Assembly: GCF_006345805.1 (NCBI RefSeq)
Contig: NC_043009.1
Coordinates: 6,324,001-6,388,000 of the forward strand
DNA: 64,000 bases
Direction of reading: 5' to 3'
Origin: Octopus sinensis
Lineage: Eukaryota
A model generated the notes under the pieces. That model made no database searches and was not told the DNA's origin. It saw only the letters and a program-made list of their open reading frames with translations. A program made the position numbers and the translations under genes. How positions within the stretch are numbered: position 1 is the stretch's first letter; every line of letters starts with the position of its first letter. Positions 28,171-41,799 of the stretch are shown here, piece after piece.

Positions 28171-28434
28171 TGTGGGCAAGTATACAATAAAATTTAGGGC
28201 TGATAAACCTAAAATGTTTGCATCCTTCTTTAATACAGGTTTCCATATTCTATTTATATCTGCACTAAATCTGCTTGGGAGGTTATTGTGTCCTAGCATA
28301 TGTGCTGCCTCTTTTCGTTTTCGTATTTTCCAGTGGTATTTTCTGTATATTATTTTAACTTCATCCCACAGAAGAAGGTAGTCTCCGCTTTTCCATACAT
28401 GATCAGCTATACCCGATTTTTCTAAATTCCAGCA

Positions 28435-28482
28435 GGACACCTGATGAAGGCTGGAGAGTAAATCAGTTGAAACGTCGTGGTA
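28435..28482 (+). ncRNA. Minimal type I hammerhead ribozyme motif, canonical core
   Basis: ggacac CTGATGA a ggctg gagagtaaat cagtt GAAAC GTC gtg. The inverted copy has cagcc, supporting a GGCUG/CAGCC helix II. Helix I is cac/gtg. Confidence 0.6.
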
Positions 28483-28794
28483 GCAACAAACAAGATGAGG
28501 ACACATAACCGTCCAATGTAAATAATGTAAATAATATTTTATAATGTAATAACTTGTTCATTAGTTAAAAGCACTTGATATTATATCAATTTTTCAGTCA
28601 TGTTTCAAAGACTGAAGGAAACGGACGCTTTCTTCTAATTATTATTTATTCTATGCATACCCTTGTCGTTTTTTAATTCGCTCTCTTCAAAACGACAAGA
28701 TTTTTCTTTGAGCGTGCATGTGTAAATGAACGTATATATTAGAACATATAATCTAATCTCTTATTTCCTCGCGACCATTTTCAGAGAAATATTT

Positions 28795-29122
28795 GTAGTG
28801 CATGCTGGAGAAATCCTGGGTCTCAATTGGGAAAATCTGTTTATTGGGAAGACATAATCTATACGAACCTCAAATGTAATAGTCTCGCAATAATTAAGGA
28901 AGAATATTCCGTAGCTGGATTATTGTAAAAAGAGTAATTTGAACTCATTAGAAAATTTGTAGTGCATGCTGGAGAAATCCTGGGTTTCAATTGGTAATAT
29001 CTGTTAATTGGGAAGTCATAATTTATACGATCCTCAAATGTAATAGCCTCGCAATAATTAAGGAAGAATATTCCGTAGCTGGTCTATAGTAAACAGAGTC
29101 ATTTGAACTCATTAGAAAATTT
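28795..29122. repeat. Tandem direct duplication, 2 x 164 bp
   Basis: gtagtgcatgctggagaaatcctggg... starts at 28795 and again at 28959. Both units end in gaactcattagaaaattt and differ by scattered substitutions only. Confidence 0.95.
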
Positions 29123-29999
29123 ACAGAGAAGATTTTTCATATGGATTGTTATGGATACGAGTACAGAATTCTGTATAGTTACTTTCCTTTATTTTCCGGT
29201 AGTTTTAGAATATAGAATTATATTTTTCCCCTGAAGTTGTTCGTATTTAGAGGAAAATAATAAATGTAGGGTTTCAATGTAGATCAGTAATCCAACCAAT
29301 TATTTCTCATCTATAAATGACATGACACAGAGTTCATCCAATGGGAATTTCATGTCTTTAAACAGCAGGATGTCACTTCATTTCACGAATATAAGAGTGG
29401 ACAATCCTGCCTAATACCCATAATTGGATCTAGTCAATTACGATAGATACTACCGATAAAACATTTTATTCAAGTTATTTCACAAACCAAAAAAAAACAT
29501 TCGAGAATGAAATAAAATCAAAGGTACGCTAAAAACAAGAATTAGTCAAATTTAAACACAAACTTTAATAGAAATATAAAGTAATATTCCTATGAAATAT
29601 ATTTTGCATGAACCAAAATGAAAGGGCAACTGAACTGGACTGCTTTAAAATCTAAAAATCTGAGTTAAATTTATGGTGTATTCTGTTCTCCGAATACTAT
29701 GGCATTCGTAGTTCCAGTATCGTTTGTTATTTTTTTCATATATTTATTGTATACGCATAATTGAAGTAATTTGGACAAAGCTAAGGAACTGGTTCTGCAG
29801 CTGAGATTGATAATGGCTGGAAAAGGTTAGACCCATTACGATCCTTTCTGATTCGATTCCCAAGAAAATACCCACGCATTCACACCCACGCAAACACACA
29901 AACACACACATACACACACAAACACACACATACAAACACACACAAATACATACATACAAACACACACATAGACACACACATATGCGAGTAATGATATGT

Positions 30000-30003
30000 A
30001 GTA

Positions 30004-30034
<31 letters not shown>

Positions 30035-30250
30035 TAGATAGATAGATAGATAGTTAGTTAGATAGGTAGATACATACATACATACACACATACATACATA
30101 CATATATACATACATACATGCATACATACATACATACATACATACATGCATACATACATACATACATACATACATACATACATACATACATACATACATA
30201 CATACATACATACATACATACATACATACATAAATAGATATATAGATAGA
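30000..30250. repeat. (GACA)n/(GATA)n/(CATA)n tetranucleotide array
   Basis: Directly visible; source of the MYVC-repeat ORFs. Confidence 0.95.
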
Positions 30251-31718
30251 TACACTCTGAAACAGTTAAACTCGCCGAGTGTGGGCTCGAAAAGGCTAAT
30301 ATTTCCTCCGGCATTTTAAGTTCTGATTTCAGAACCCGCCTAGTTCAGATTTATCTATCATCATATTGCTATCGAAAAATAATTCAAAATTTCACGATAG
30401 GAGATTTTTAAACCGTCATAATAAATGCCATGCCATTGTGGTTACTCTCTCTCTATATCTCTCACTCTCTCTATATATATCTCTATCTCTGTCGATCTGT
30501 CTTTCTATCTATTTATTTATATCTTTCTTGCTCTTTCTATCTATATATATATTTATCTATGTATCTATCTATCTATCTATCTATCAGACAATCTATCTAT
30601 CATCCCTTTGTTTGTCTGTCTGTCACTGTCTATCTGTCAGTCTCTCTCTTTCCTTTTTCCCTCTCTCTCTCTCCGATGTGAAATCCCACTGAAGATGAAC
30701 TGAAAGATCGCATCCCACAGGAACAATGAAAACAAATATGCTTGCGAATTTCTTTAAGTGTTTCAGTTGATCATTCACAAACACCACATACCAACAGACA
30801 GGAAAGAATACAACGTGTATTGAAGTTATACGCATACAATAAACAACGCAGGAATGGTACATACTAGGTCACTAATCTTCGTGCACACACACACACAGAT
30901 GTATATATATATATATAATAAACATTAAGTACAGGACATCACCAACGAGAGAAAAATACGTAAATACACGAGAGTTACATACAGGACAAAGTACCAAGAG
31001 AAGATAACTTGCTCATCAGTTGTCAACTGTTTATTACTACCCATTTTTTGCTTTTAACGACAAGATAGGAATACTTCATTAGACAGCAACATCCAAATTT
31101 TTTTTTAAATATAAAATTTGTGGAGAGTTAGGTCTTAGAGTGAATAAACAACAACAAAGTGGACGTACATACACACATACATAAATATTCAATCAAATAT
31201 ATGTTTGCAAGCATGCGCGTGTGTGTGTATGTCACTATTCAGTTTTATTTGACGATTTCGCGCGAATAGAGAACGAATGGGTTTTCAGCCTGGCTCCAAG
31301 GCTCCTTCATGGGAATTTCATCATCAGCAACCTGATATTTTTGCATGTATGTATATATTTATATATGGTTCTGTGAAGATTTTGGTATTTCGTTTTATAT
31401 GTCTTCTCATGCATATATTTTCATATTTAGACATGCTCATATATACTTAAATGAGAAACGTCTGGAAAGTTTTACCAATTTTTACAGTTCTATTGATAGC
31501 TAGGATCTGTGGTATTCGAATGAACGTTTTCCTTTCTAGTTTTCAGAAGCCTAATTTATAAAGATTGGTATTTAGACACTGTCTTACATAAACTGGTGCT
31601 CCAATAATGAGATGTATAAATATGATTTTGTAATCTAGATAGAGTAACTGTAGAATTCTCAATAGCTCTGTGTAGGTATTCTGTTTGTCAGTGATCCGTA
31701 TGTATGTATGTATGTATG

Positions 31719-31749
<31 letters not shown>

Positions 31750-31957
31750 GTATGAATGTACGTATGTATGTAAGTATGTTTGTATTCATGAGTATCCGAC
31801 GTCCCTTGGCGAACCTGGCGTGGTTCTAGTAAATGCTTTGAGCAGTGCGAAAATATCTCCTGGGCCAATAATGGTATAAGTATGCATCCAAATGGGCTTT
31901 TTTCACTTACTAACAGGTGCCGTGATTGTTAAGGGAATGAAAGGGATATCTGGTGGA

Positions 31958-32007
<50 letters not shown>

Positions 32008-32009
<2 letters not shown>

Positions 32010-32232
32010 TTATTTATTGCCCACAAGGGGCTAAACATAGAGGGGGCAAACAAGGACAGACAAAGGGTGTAAGTCGATTCCATCGACCCCAGTGCGAAAC
32101 TGGTACTTTATTTATCGACCACGAATAAATAAAGTACCAGTTTCGCACTGGGGTCGATGTTATCGACTTAATACCATTGTCTGTCCTTGTTTGTCCCCTC
32201 TATGTTTAGCCCCGTGTGGGCAATAAAGAAAT
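32008..32232. mobile_element. Two SINE family A 3' halves fused as a near-perfect palindrome
   Basis: Left arm cccacaaggggctaaacatagaggg..ctggtactttatttat; right arm ataaataaagtaccag..ccctctatgtttagcccc..gggcaataaagaaat; central loop of about 9 nt at ~32115-32124. Confidence 0.92.
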
Positions 32233-33951
32233 ATATATATATATACATATTCAAACAGGCCATATTATTAAGGAGATATTTTCCCGTTTGCTTCGTTTTT
32301 GTATTTCAAAAGTTTGTGAGATGAGATTTGTTTTAGCAATGACATTATTCTTCTCCAGACAGATGTCTTCAATAAAATTCTTATCTTCAGAGAGAAAGAT
32401 ATAAGAACAAAATGGAAATTGTTTTACATGGCTCCATGATGTCTGCGTACGTTTGACCTCTTGAATATATGCATCACCAGTAAAAAAATGGTACGGAAAT
32501 AATTAATAAAATATAAAACAACGGAATGTTTGACACAAAGTGTTATGTCATTTCAGGCATGATGTTGAGAATTTGAGAACTGAAGAATATACCATAAAAA
32601 CAAAATACTATTTCCAACGTACGTGCTAATAATGTGATAAAATATATATATATATATATATATAAAGATTATTTCATATCATATTGTGAGATATTAAGAA
32701 AATGTGTTTGCGATAAAAAAAAAAGCGGGGGAATGGCATGAGATTATGAGCCAAGTAAATTATTAAACATTTTCACACCAAATGGACATCAATAATGAAA
32801 GTGTCTGCAGTTATAAATTACTTTTGCTTGCAAATGTCTATGTCAGAGCGAATTATTGGTGTTTTGCAATACATAATCAGTGTATTTTGAATTGTTTTCA
32901 TAGAAATAGTGATGAAAGAAAATACAGTCTACACTTGTATATTTGATCATGTTTAATGTTCCATCTATTTTCTGAAATACTTCATGTGCTAAACATGCAA
33001 AATGTATTAAGCGCAGAAGAATAAAAGACTCTTATATACTACAATACATATGTTCTGTCTTCTATTAGATATTGGTAATATAGCAAAATTTTATGATAAG
33101 ATGACAGAATAATTTCTCCTACCATAGTAAACAGCAAATATCTTTTTGCGTCTAACACATAATTTTACCCACCCACCTTGAGATACAGGATTTACCCGTG
33201 TCCTACTTTACACCAAAGAAAACATGCCAACAATAATAAAGTATACTACACAGAGTACGTTACACCATAATCGGTTTGTTTGCTGTTGATATAATTGAAG
33301 ACGAGATGTCGACCGCGATAGATTGTTGGGTTTAAAATAAAGCAGTCTAAAGCAGCATCTACTGTGAAAGCTGCATCAACGGATATGAGTTACAACTAGA
33401 TGAAATGCCCAGGCGGTTTAACTACACAAACCTCCAATATCCAAGCGGTTTAAATGTAACTGTAGAAGGACATTTAGGAGTTCTAATCCGGATTCGTAAC
33501 CCAGAACCCTTAGAGGGTAAAATGTTGAGGGCCCAAACAGTACTTGCTTGAGGTGAGGTTTCATTTCTGAAGACATTCGGATGTTCAGCTCTCTTTAGAG
33601 TTTAGTAGCTCTTCGTACGTAATTTCAGCATTCGGCACCATGATATGATGATCAAACTGTGCCACAATATATCAGACTGACGAGAAGGGAATGCCGCTCT
33701 TATATAGAATATGCAAGGTTTGATGATTATTTACCCCGAAGAGGATTACCAACAAATATTTCGGAGAACATTGGAACAATAATATCGTAATTCTAGCTTG
33801 AAAATAATATAGATATATTAAAGCTAGAAATAAGGCTATATTATACCAAAGATTCAGCAGTGGATTATCTCATCGTACGGTATATACACTTCATATATTT
33901 TTGACATACGTGAACATCTGTAGACGTATTACATACAGTGTCATATATAGA

Positions 33952-34803
33952 CAGGGTGCGGTGAATAAACTTTCGTATAAATTACGCAAAAATGAGAATA
34001 ACAATGACATCTTATTTTCAGATATATTTACCAAAATTACATAGAAATATCTTGAAATACCAAAGAGTAACTTTATTCAATAAAAGCGCTATTGGCTTCA
34101 ACCACGGCTTCCAAACGACTTCAGAGTCTCCTGCAACTCTTCTGGACAGTCTCTTTGTTTAAGTTGGTCAATGCTGCCATAAGCATTACCTTCAGTTACT
34201 CATGGTGTTACAAGGAGTGTTGTTGTTCTGTCGCTCAGCTGTGCCCCACACATAACAATCAAGTGGGGCTCAATCTGGGGAACTAGGTGACCAGATGCTA
34301 GAGGTGATGAGGACGTAGAACATTGTCCGAGAACTATGACTAGGTTCTCTTGCTTGTGTGGCGTGGTGTAGAGTATTGTTGCCTCAAGACTCTTCCAGCA
34401 GGCATCCTCTTGGCCAAGGGCAGCACTGTATCCCCTAGGCATTTAATATAGGCTTCTATCCGGAGAGTCTGAGGCTGTATGGAAAGATGAATGGAGGTAT
34501 AACGTCGCCATCGCAAGCGATCCCTCAAAATACCATGATTTTTATCACTTTCAGTATATGTCTTCAGTTCGACCCACAAACCATCTGAAATGCTCGTATT
34601 AGAGTTTCCAGCGCGAATAGCAAGGACTACGGACTGTTGTTTCCACGTTTCTGGCAGAGTAAATTGCGTCATGGTGCTCCTTTTCACACAGTGGGTGCCC
34701 AGCCGACCCTACTATATTTTGTAGTCGACAAAATCAAAAACAAACAATCCATATTCGAGGAATTAAAAATATAATCTTGCGACAATTTACCCAACGCACA
34801 CTG
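33952..34803 (-). mobile_element. Mariner-superfamily DD37D (maT-type) transposon, internally deleted
   Basis: N-terminal MTQFTLPETWKQQSVVLAIRAGNSNTSIS is joined directly to DGDVIPPFIFP..EAYIKCL..QQYSTPRHTSKRT..IWSPSSPD..PLDCYVWG..NKETVQKSCRR..RLEAVVEANSAFIE*. Degenerate TIRs: cagggtgcggtgaataaact and the reverse complement cagtgtgcgttgggtaaatt. Confidence 0.85.
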
Positions 34804-36093
34804 CATAAATGTGTGTGTGAGTATTTGTATGTGCGTGTGTGTATGTGTGTGTGTGTGTATGTATGTGGTATATTGTGTTTTCTATTATCTATGTGAACCT
34901 GTTCATATTTGTCTAATTAGTATTTGTTCAATACAAATATAAGACTACTTGTATTGACGTAAATATTACACGAATTTATACTTGAGAAGCAGCTGCGAGA
35001 AAGTGTTACTCTATTATTGCTCCTCTGGAACAATTTATTTATTTTTTTAAAACTTATTTTTCAAGTAAAACTGTAATGGAACACGATAGGAAATTGTTGG
35101 GAAATAGATATTCCGTAGTTTTCTCTAGCCGAATCAAATTATTTTCATTCCGAAATATTGTGTTATAAATCACTTTCGTTACGTTAAATTAGTGTTGTAA
35201 ATACTAAATTATATTGTTTATTAATTGATATAATACTAAATTTCTACCGACCTACGTTCAGTCAATAACTCGATTGCATGTTCTAAAAATACATATTCGC
35301 AGCTCTAAGATAACCAACAGAAAATACAATCGGAAAATGAATGAATATAGTATGCTGATCTGAAATATTAAACAGTAAACTCAGTAGAGAGCAGATAAAT
35401 ACAGTTCATAAATATAATACTAGTCTACCAAAAAATAAAATTGTATCACCAATCGGCAATTTGAAATTATTGTATGATGTTATTGGGGAAATATCTATTT
35501 CAGAGTCTTTTTAAACAACTTCAACAAGGAAATAACTCCGTTCACTAATGATTCCTTGAGAGGAGAAGAAGGTTTTTTGTTATTGCTTCACTTTGACGTG
35601 TAATATTGAAATAGTGTAAGAGACAAGAGATTGCTCTGGACTCGCATTAGGGAAGAAGTTGAATGTTTTTGGGAGGACCCATGACATTGCACGGACACTA
35701 AGTAAGACTGATGTAAAATTGGAATGACATTTGTTGGGTAGTTGTCGAGTTGAGTAGTTGATGCACACATACAGACACACACACACACACATATATATAC
35801 ATAAACATATGTGTATGTGCGTGGATGTATGTATGTGTATCTATCAAAAACTATATATATGTGTGTGTGTGTATATGTATATATATATATATGTTATATA
35901 TATATAGTGTGTGTGTATATATGTGTATATATATATATATGTATATATATATACATATATATATATATGTGTGTATATGAATGTATGTATTTATGTATGT
36001 GTGTATATATACGTGTGTGTGTGTGTAAAGAAATTTGACTAATAACTGAATGATTAGAACTAATTCTTATCTTCTTAGAATCTTGTCGAGCAA

Positions 36094-36139
<46 letters not shown>

Positions 36140-37295
36140 TGTGGTCAGTATCGCTAAAATCATACTTCTAAGAGATCTAATGAAGCCGAAATACATTTGA
36201 ATTTGACAGCGTACAAGATATAGGATTTGACTCTCTATATACGGTATTCGTTTCAATTTTTTAAACTGCGGAATTTTGGAGTCTACTTTTTGTATCCAAC
36301 TCTTTTCGTAAATAATTAGTCATTAAAATATTAACTAGATCTCCACGCTACCAGTCTAAAACTTATTGGCGCATTACATTATCTATCGCAGTCCTTACAA
36401 TGTTAATATGATCTAAGGCAACTCACCAAAACAATCCTGATTTAGCAAATTTCTATCTTGTAGACGTTGTTAGATATAGGCGAGAGAGCTAAGTTGCTCT
36501 CGTATGAAAATTCGTATGAATTCTCATAAAGCAACTATCTATCTTTGAAACGTTATCATATATAAACGAGACAGCTAACTAAATGTCATCTGCAAAGTTG
36601 TATCAAATAGTTTTTGACAAAATAAAATAGGATTGTCTTGCTACGTGTTAAAACCTAAGGCATTTATTTATATCGACTTGCCGGAGGATTAAATTTTGAT
36701 TCAGAAAATGCTCTGACAACCAGATCAATGAGTGTTACACTATGGTTTATTTATAATTTTATATTTTCTTTAATACGAAACACATGTTTGAGAGATGTCC
36801 TGCGGGAGAAACAAAGTGTTGGATAATTTTGTTTTACACTTCAAGAAATTTGATAACATATTGCAGAAATTATGACTTTTCAAGTAGGAAGCTCAAAGTG
36901 AATTAGACGCTCAAAGATGCACTACCAGAATTTAAATTCGAATTATAAATGAAATTCTTATGTAATTCTTATTGAGTCATAAAGCGCCGAGACCTTAACT
37001 AGCTGTAACGATGAGTAATGCGTTGTGAACAATAAATAAGGCGAAAATAAAATTGTGGTATAGTAACTACAGTCCCCATTGAGTAGTAATTCCGCTATAC
37101 GTTTAGTAATAACCGCAATGCATTCAACTACAAAATGTCGTGGTTTCTTCTGACTCGAATGATGTACATCACAGATTACTCGTGTTCGTTATTTTGTCTG
37201 TAAAATTTGAACATTTCCAAGCGCTTCTGAAAAATAGCGACTAATTTACCCACTGATAAATGCAGCACACAATAGCTGGTACACAGTTCACACGC

Positions 37296-37333
<38 letters not shown>

Positions 37334-38667
37334 CTCTGTATATATCATACATGCATACATATACCGCATTTCAACGTGTATAAGGCACTAATTGTGGGGG
37401 CTTAAAATCTGGAAGGACATGTTTTGTAAGGGATTATAATACTAGCCCTGTATAAGATACTCCCATACTTTTTAAAAGCTAATTTCGGACAAAAAGGGTT
37501 CCTTATACACGTTAAAATACGGTATATATATATATATATATATGCATATATATAAGACACAGTCTATTTGTTCGAACGTATACCTGAGTGTTTAGAACCA
37601 TTATATACCGCGAGGAATCTTTCTGAAGAAAGTAAAATCGATTATCTTCAGTTAATAACCTTGTTCAAAATATCATTCTGTAATCCAAAGATTTAGTCAG
37701 TTATCTGGAAAACATATGCTGAAGGAAAGTGTTAGTGGACCTCTATTAAAACATTTATTAAAATGGTAATATTTGTTTCTCTAAGTCACTGTTATTTTTC
37801 ACTTTCACATCCTTTCTCTGTTTAAATCTTACTCTAAATTCACCATCAGCATTTGATGCGAAAATGTATAACCACTCGAGATATCAGTTTATAAACTGAA
37901 AACTAAAACGATCTATTTTCTGCCAAATATTAAGAGATAAATTTTTGCACAGTACAAATTCTAATCAATATGGTTAATACAACATTCTGGCCATGTTATT
38001 ACGGTAAAATGGAGGACACTAAACTTAGAATTGATGCTCTCAGGAAGCTGTGTTTAGTGAAATGGGTTTATATCAATACTGAATCAATACAAATGTCTCT
38101 TTGCTAATATTGACCGGACAATAGTTCTTCTTGGTGAATACCAAATTGATATCGATACACGAGTTCATTCACTGCTACTACATACAGTTATGAATGTGCG
38201 ATACAATAATACCTTAGACTCAAATATTTTATATAAATAAAATTTAAAAAGAACTGCGTAACAAAACAGGATAAAATACAGTAAAAGAAAAAAAATGTGT
38301 GTGTTTAAATAAATTGTTTGTTCCTTTTTTCCATCATTCATAAAATCCTATTGTAAAATGTTCAGCAAAATTGCAACACCATTAAAAGCTTTCTAAAGAA
38401 GACGGTTAGCTGCAAGTAAGGTAAATTTAGTGAAATCGCTGTATATTAGAGTGGTCAAGCGAAGATCATATATAAGAGTAATCTTCTTTATGAACTTAAG
38501 CCTAACTTTGGTTTTGAATTCCACGTATAAATATATATATTTTACGACTGACAAAGGAATAATTAACTTTTGGTTATGAAAGCGTTATGCACGGATATTT
38601 CATGTCTCAGATATCATGACCATGTATTGTATATGTGTCTGCGTGGTGTATACACGTACAAGCAGCG

Positions 38668-38732
<65 letters not shown>

Positions 38733-39387
38733 TGTATGTATGTATGCTATAAACGGTAGAAAAGTAACACACAAGTTGATAGGTATAAGGAAAATAATAC
38801 AAGGTGGAAATTGTTAAAGTACTTTTAGCATGAAGTACATTTTAGTACCGGTTTCCGTTCTTTTTAGACTATTTCAACTCGGAGTAAAATAAGAAAAAAG
38901 AAGTAAATTGGAGAAAAAATACGGTTAAATGTTTTGTAGATATTTTCTTTGAATAGGTAAATATTTCCATAGTTTTCAAATAGTCTGTCTCTCTGTCTCT
39001 CTCTTTCACTCTCTCTCTCTGTTCCGCTGTGAATGCCTGAGAGATAGGTAACTAGTTAGTAATAGATCTGAAGGAATAGTTTGGGTAGAGAGAATTGACG
39101 GTTTAAGTAGAAGCAGCCGAGAGAAGTGGGAGGAAAAGAAGAGCAGGAAGAAGAAGAAGTGGAGAAGGTGAAGAAAGAGGAGGAGGAGGTGGAGGAGAAG
39201 GAGAAGATGAAGGATGAAGAGAAGTAGGAGTAGGGAAATAAGGGGGAGAAGAAGAATGAAGAGAACAGATAAGAAAATATGGGAATGCAGTGTCGCAGTA
39301 ATTGTTCGTGGAATCTTAGTGTGTGTTCGTATATTCTATATACGTATATATGTGTCTACCTGTCTGTGTATGCATGTAATATGGATG

Positions 39388-39463
<76 letters not shown>

Positions 39464-39476
39464 GTATATATATGCA

Positions 39477-39512
<36 letters not shown>

Positions 39513-39546
39513 GATATATACATACATACACACACTTATATACGTA

Positions 39547-39598
<52 letters not shown>

Positions 39599-39624
39599 CA
39601 TACATACACACACTTATATACGTA

Positions 39625-39676
<52 letters not shown>

Positions 39677-39854
39677 TGCATACACACACATATATACATA
39701 CGTATATATGTGCGCGTATGTATGTATATATATATATATATGTATATTCATTTTCATTTTCATCTAGTTTCAGCTCACGAGCTGTGACCATGCTGGGACA
39801 CCGCCATTCGGTGTCGCTACATGATGCTACGAATGCTTTTTAGCAATTGATATT

Positions 39855-39921
<67 letters not shown>

Positions 39922-40377
39922 TACACCACACATATATACGTATGTATATATATATATTCGTCTGGCTGCTTGTACACGTGTGCATGTGGATTGTAAACCT
40001 CTGCGTCTATTTTATATACTCATTTTATATATAAATAGAATCCTTCATTTCTATATGTATTGTGGTTTCTCTGTCATTCATATGTGCATCAAATCCTACC
40101 TATCGCCATAATTCCTTTAGTTGCTCATCTATAAATTTGCCTTACCTTTCCTATTGAAACACGTTTCAGGAAGCAATGCTTCATCAACCATTCGACCTTT
40201 ATATTTTTAGTAACGTGATTTTTAAGAGCATTTCACGTTACCTTTTAAATTCTCTAACTGACCCCATAGGTTGATATAATAGCTTAGTGGAAACCAATGA
40301 GCGTTTGTAATAGGATCTTCATTAATTTTTTGTATTCCAAACGACGACGATGAGAGCAAGGCAAATGCTGCAGCTAC

Positions 40378-40775
40378 TGATAATGTTAGTGGTGGTGGTG
40401 GTGTTGGTGAAGTTCATGGTGGTGGTGATGGTGGTGGTGGTGGTGATGGTGATGGTGATGGTGGTGGTGGTGAAAGTCGTGGTGGTGGTAGTGATGATGA
40501 TGGCGGTAGTTGTAGTGATGATGCTGGCGGTGGTGGTTGTCGTTGTGGTGGTGTGGTGGTGGTGGTGGTGGTGGTGGTGGTGGTGGTGATGATGGTGGTC
40601 GTGGTGGTCGTGTCTTTGGTGGTGGTGGTGGTGAAGGTCGTGGTGGTGGTGGTAGTGATGATGATGGCGGTAGTTGTAGTGATGATGCTGGCGGTGGTGG
40701 TTGTCGTTGTGGTGGTGGTGGTGGTGGTGATGATGGTGGTCGTGGTGGTCGTGTCTTTGGTGGTGCTGGTGATGT
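40378..40775. repeat. (GGT/GAT)n microsatellite with a higher-order internal duplication
   Basis: ggtagtgatgatgatggcggtagttgtagtgatgatgctggcggtggtggttgtcgttgtggtgg occurs twice, and so does gatgatggtggtcgtggtggtcgtgtctttggtggt. Confidence 0.9.
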
Positions 40776-41799
40776 TGGCTTGGTGATAATAACTCAACAT
40801 TATGATAATATCTCAAAGCTGGAGATTTTCACAATGTGTTAGATCAGTATTTGTAGAGCTGAAGTTTTACGCTACAGCGCTAATCTTCTCACAAAACAAC
40901 GCTACCTTGCTGGATGAAAATGTTCAACGATGCAACAGGACCACCGTCCACGTTTCATCATTTGAAAAACGTTAACATTGTTGTATATTTCCTGAAAACA
41001 TATCGGCGCACTGTATCAATACGCCTCACACTAGCATCATAATGTAACAAAATTGCCCTACAGCGACCCATCCCTTTAGCTATTTCAAGTTAAGATATGT
41101 ATTACATTTGAAACCTTAGTTATCTTAGAAAATGAAGTTGCGATAATTCTCTGGCCATATTACACACATGCAGGCTAACAGATATCACATATCAGGCATC
41201 ATTTCACATGTCATGACAAAATTGACAATAGCGTACTAATTATAATCATACCAAATTACTATAATGTTGTGTAGAAGCGACGTGAAAGGTTAAGTAATTA
41301 CATTAAGCGATGTCCTCATTTAAGCATATAGCAATTAACGAATGTGGATGAATAAGGAAAATATTCAGATGCGCTTGCTGCATGAAATATCAGTAACAAA
41401 GTGGATTCTACAAGAAGTAGACGAAACTCTAAGATAGCAAAAATAAATAAATAAATAGACAATAAATAAATGAATGCAGAAAAAAAAAGCAAACCACATT
41501 ACGAAAAAGACTGATATATCAAGCTAGGATACTAGCATACTATTATAACTATTAGTCACAGAAAGACAACGTGAAGCTCATACAGTGTTGCAGAGGCGGG
41601 AATAGCAAGGTCTTGAAAGAAAATGTTAAAAACAAAAGTAAATTAATAAGGGTCACGAACAAAGCCAATCTAAGTGATTGTTCTCTACCTTCAAAGAACA
41701 ACATCATATAAAATCAACAAAAGAAGAAAAACATGAAGAAAATAGAGAATTCTTAGAAGAATAAGCAAATATTTCGAGAACTAAATATTTTCATAATTG

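Larger units (their letters stand above)
27921..28532 (-). mobile_element. Truncated PLE: GIY-YIG C-terminal fragment flanked by inverted pseudo-LTRs
   Basis: NLEKSGIADHVW..WDEVKIIYRKYHWKIRKRKEAAHM..IWKPVLKK (~28420-28200) is a typical PLE endonuclease tail. About 100-bp inverted repeats lie at 27921-28021 and 28424-28532. Confidence 0.85.

Noticed and set aside
28795-29122. CRISPR-like or other repeat-spacer array
   Set aside because: Only two contiguous units with no spacers, in a eukaryotic context.
35580-35720. FN3-like minus-strand frame (MSWVLP..VSYTISI), and similar hints at 5.65 and 29.1 kb
   Set aside because: Weak donors or terminal stops; degenerate FN3 patterns are easily matched by chance in AT-rich DNA.
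40322-40816. Poly-His/poly-Thr protein (His-rich beak-protein-like)
   Set aside because: Pure (ACC/ATC)n microsatellite with no splice signals, signal peptide or structured GHG-type repeats.
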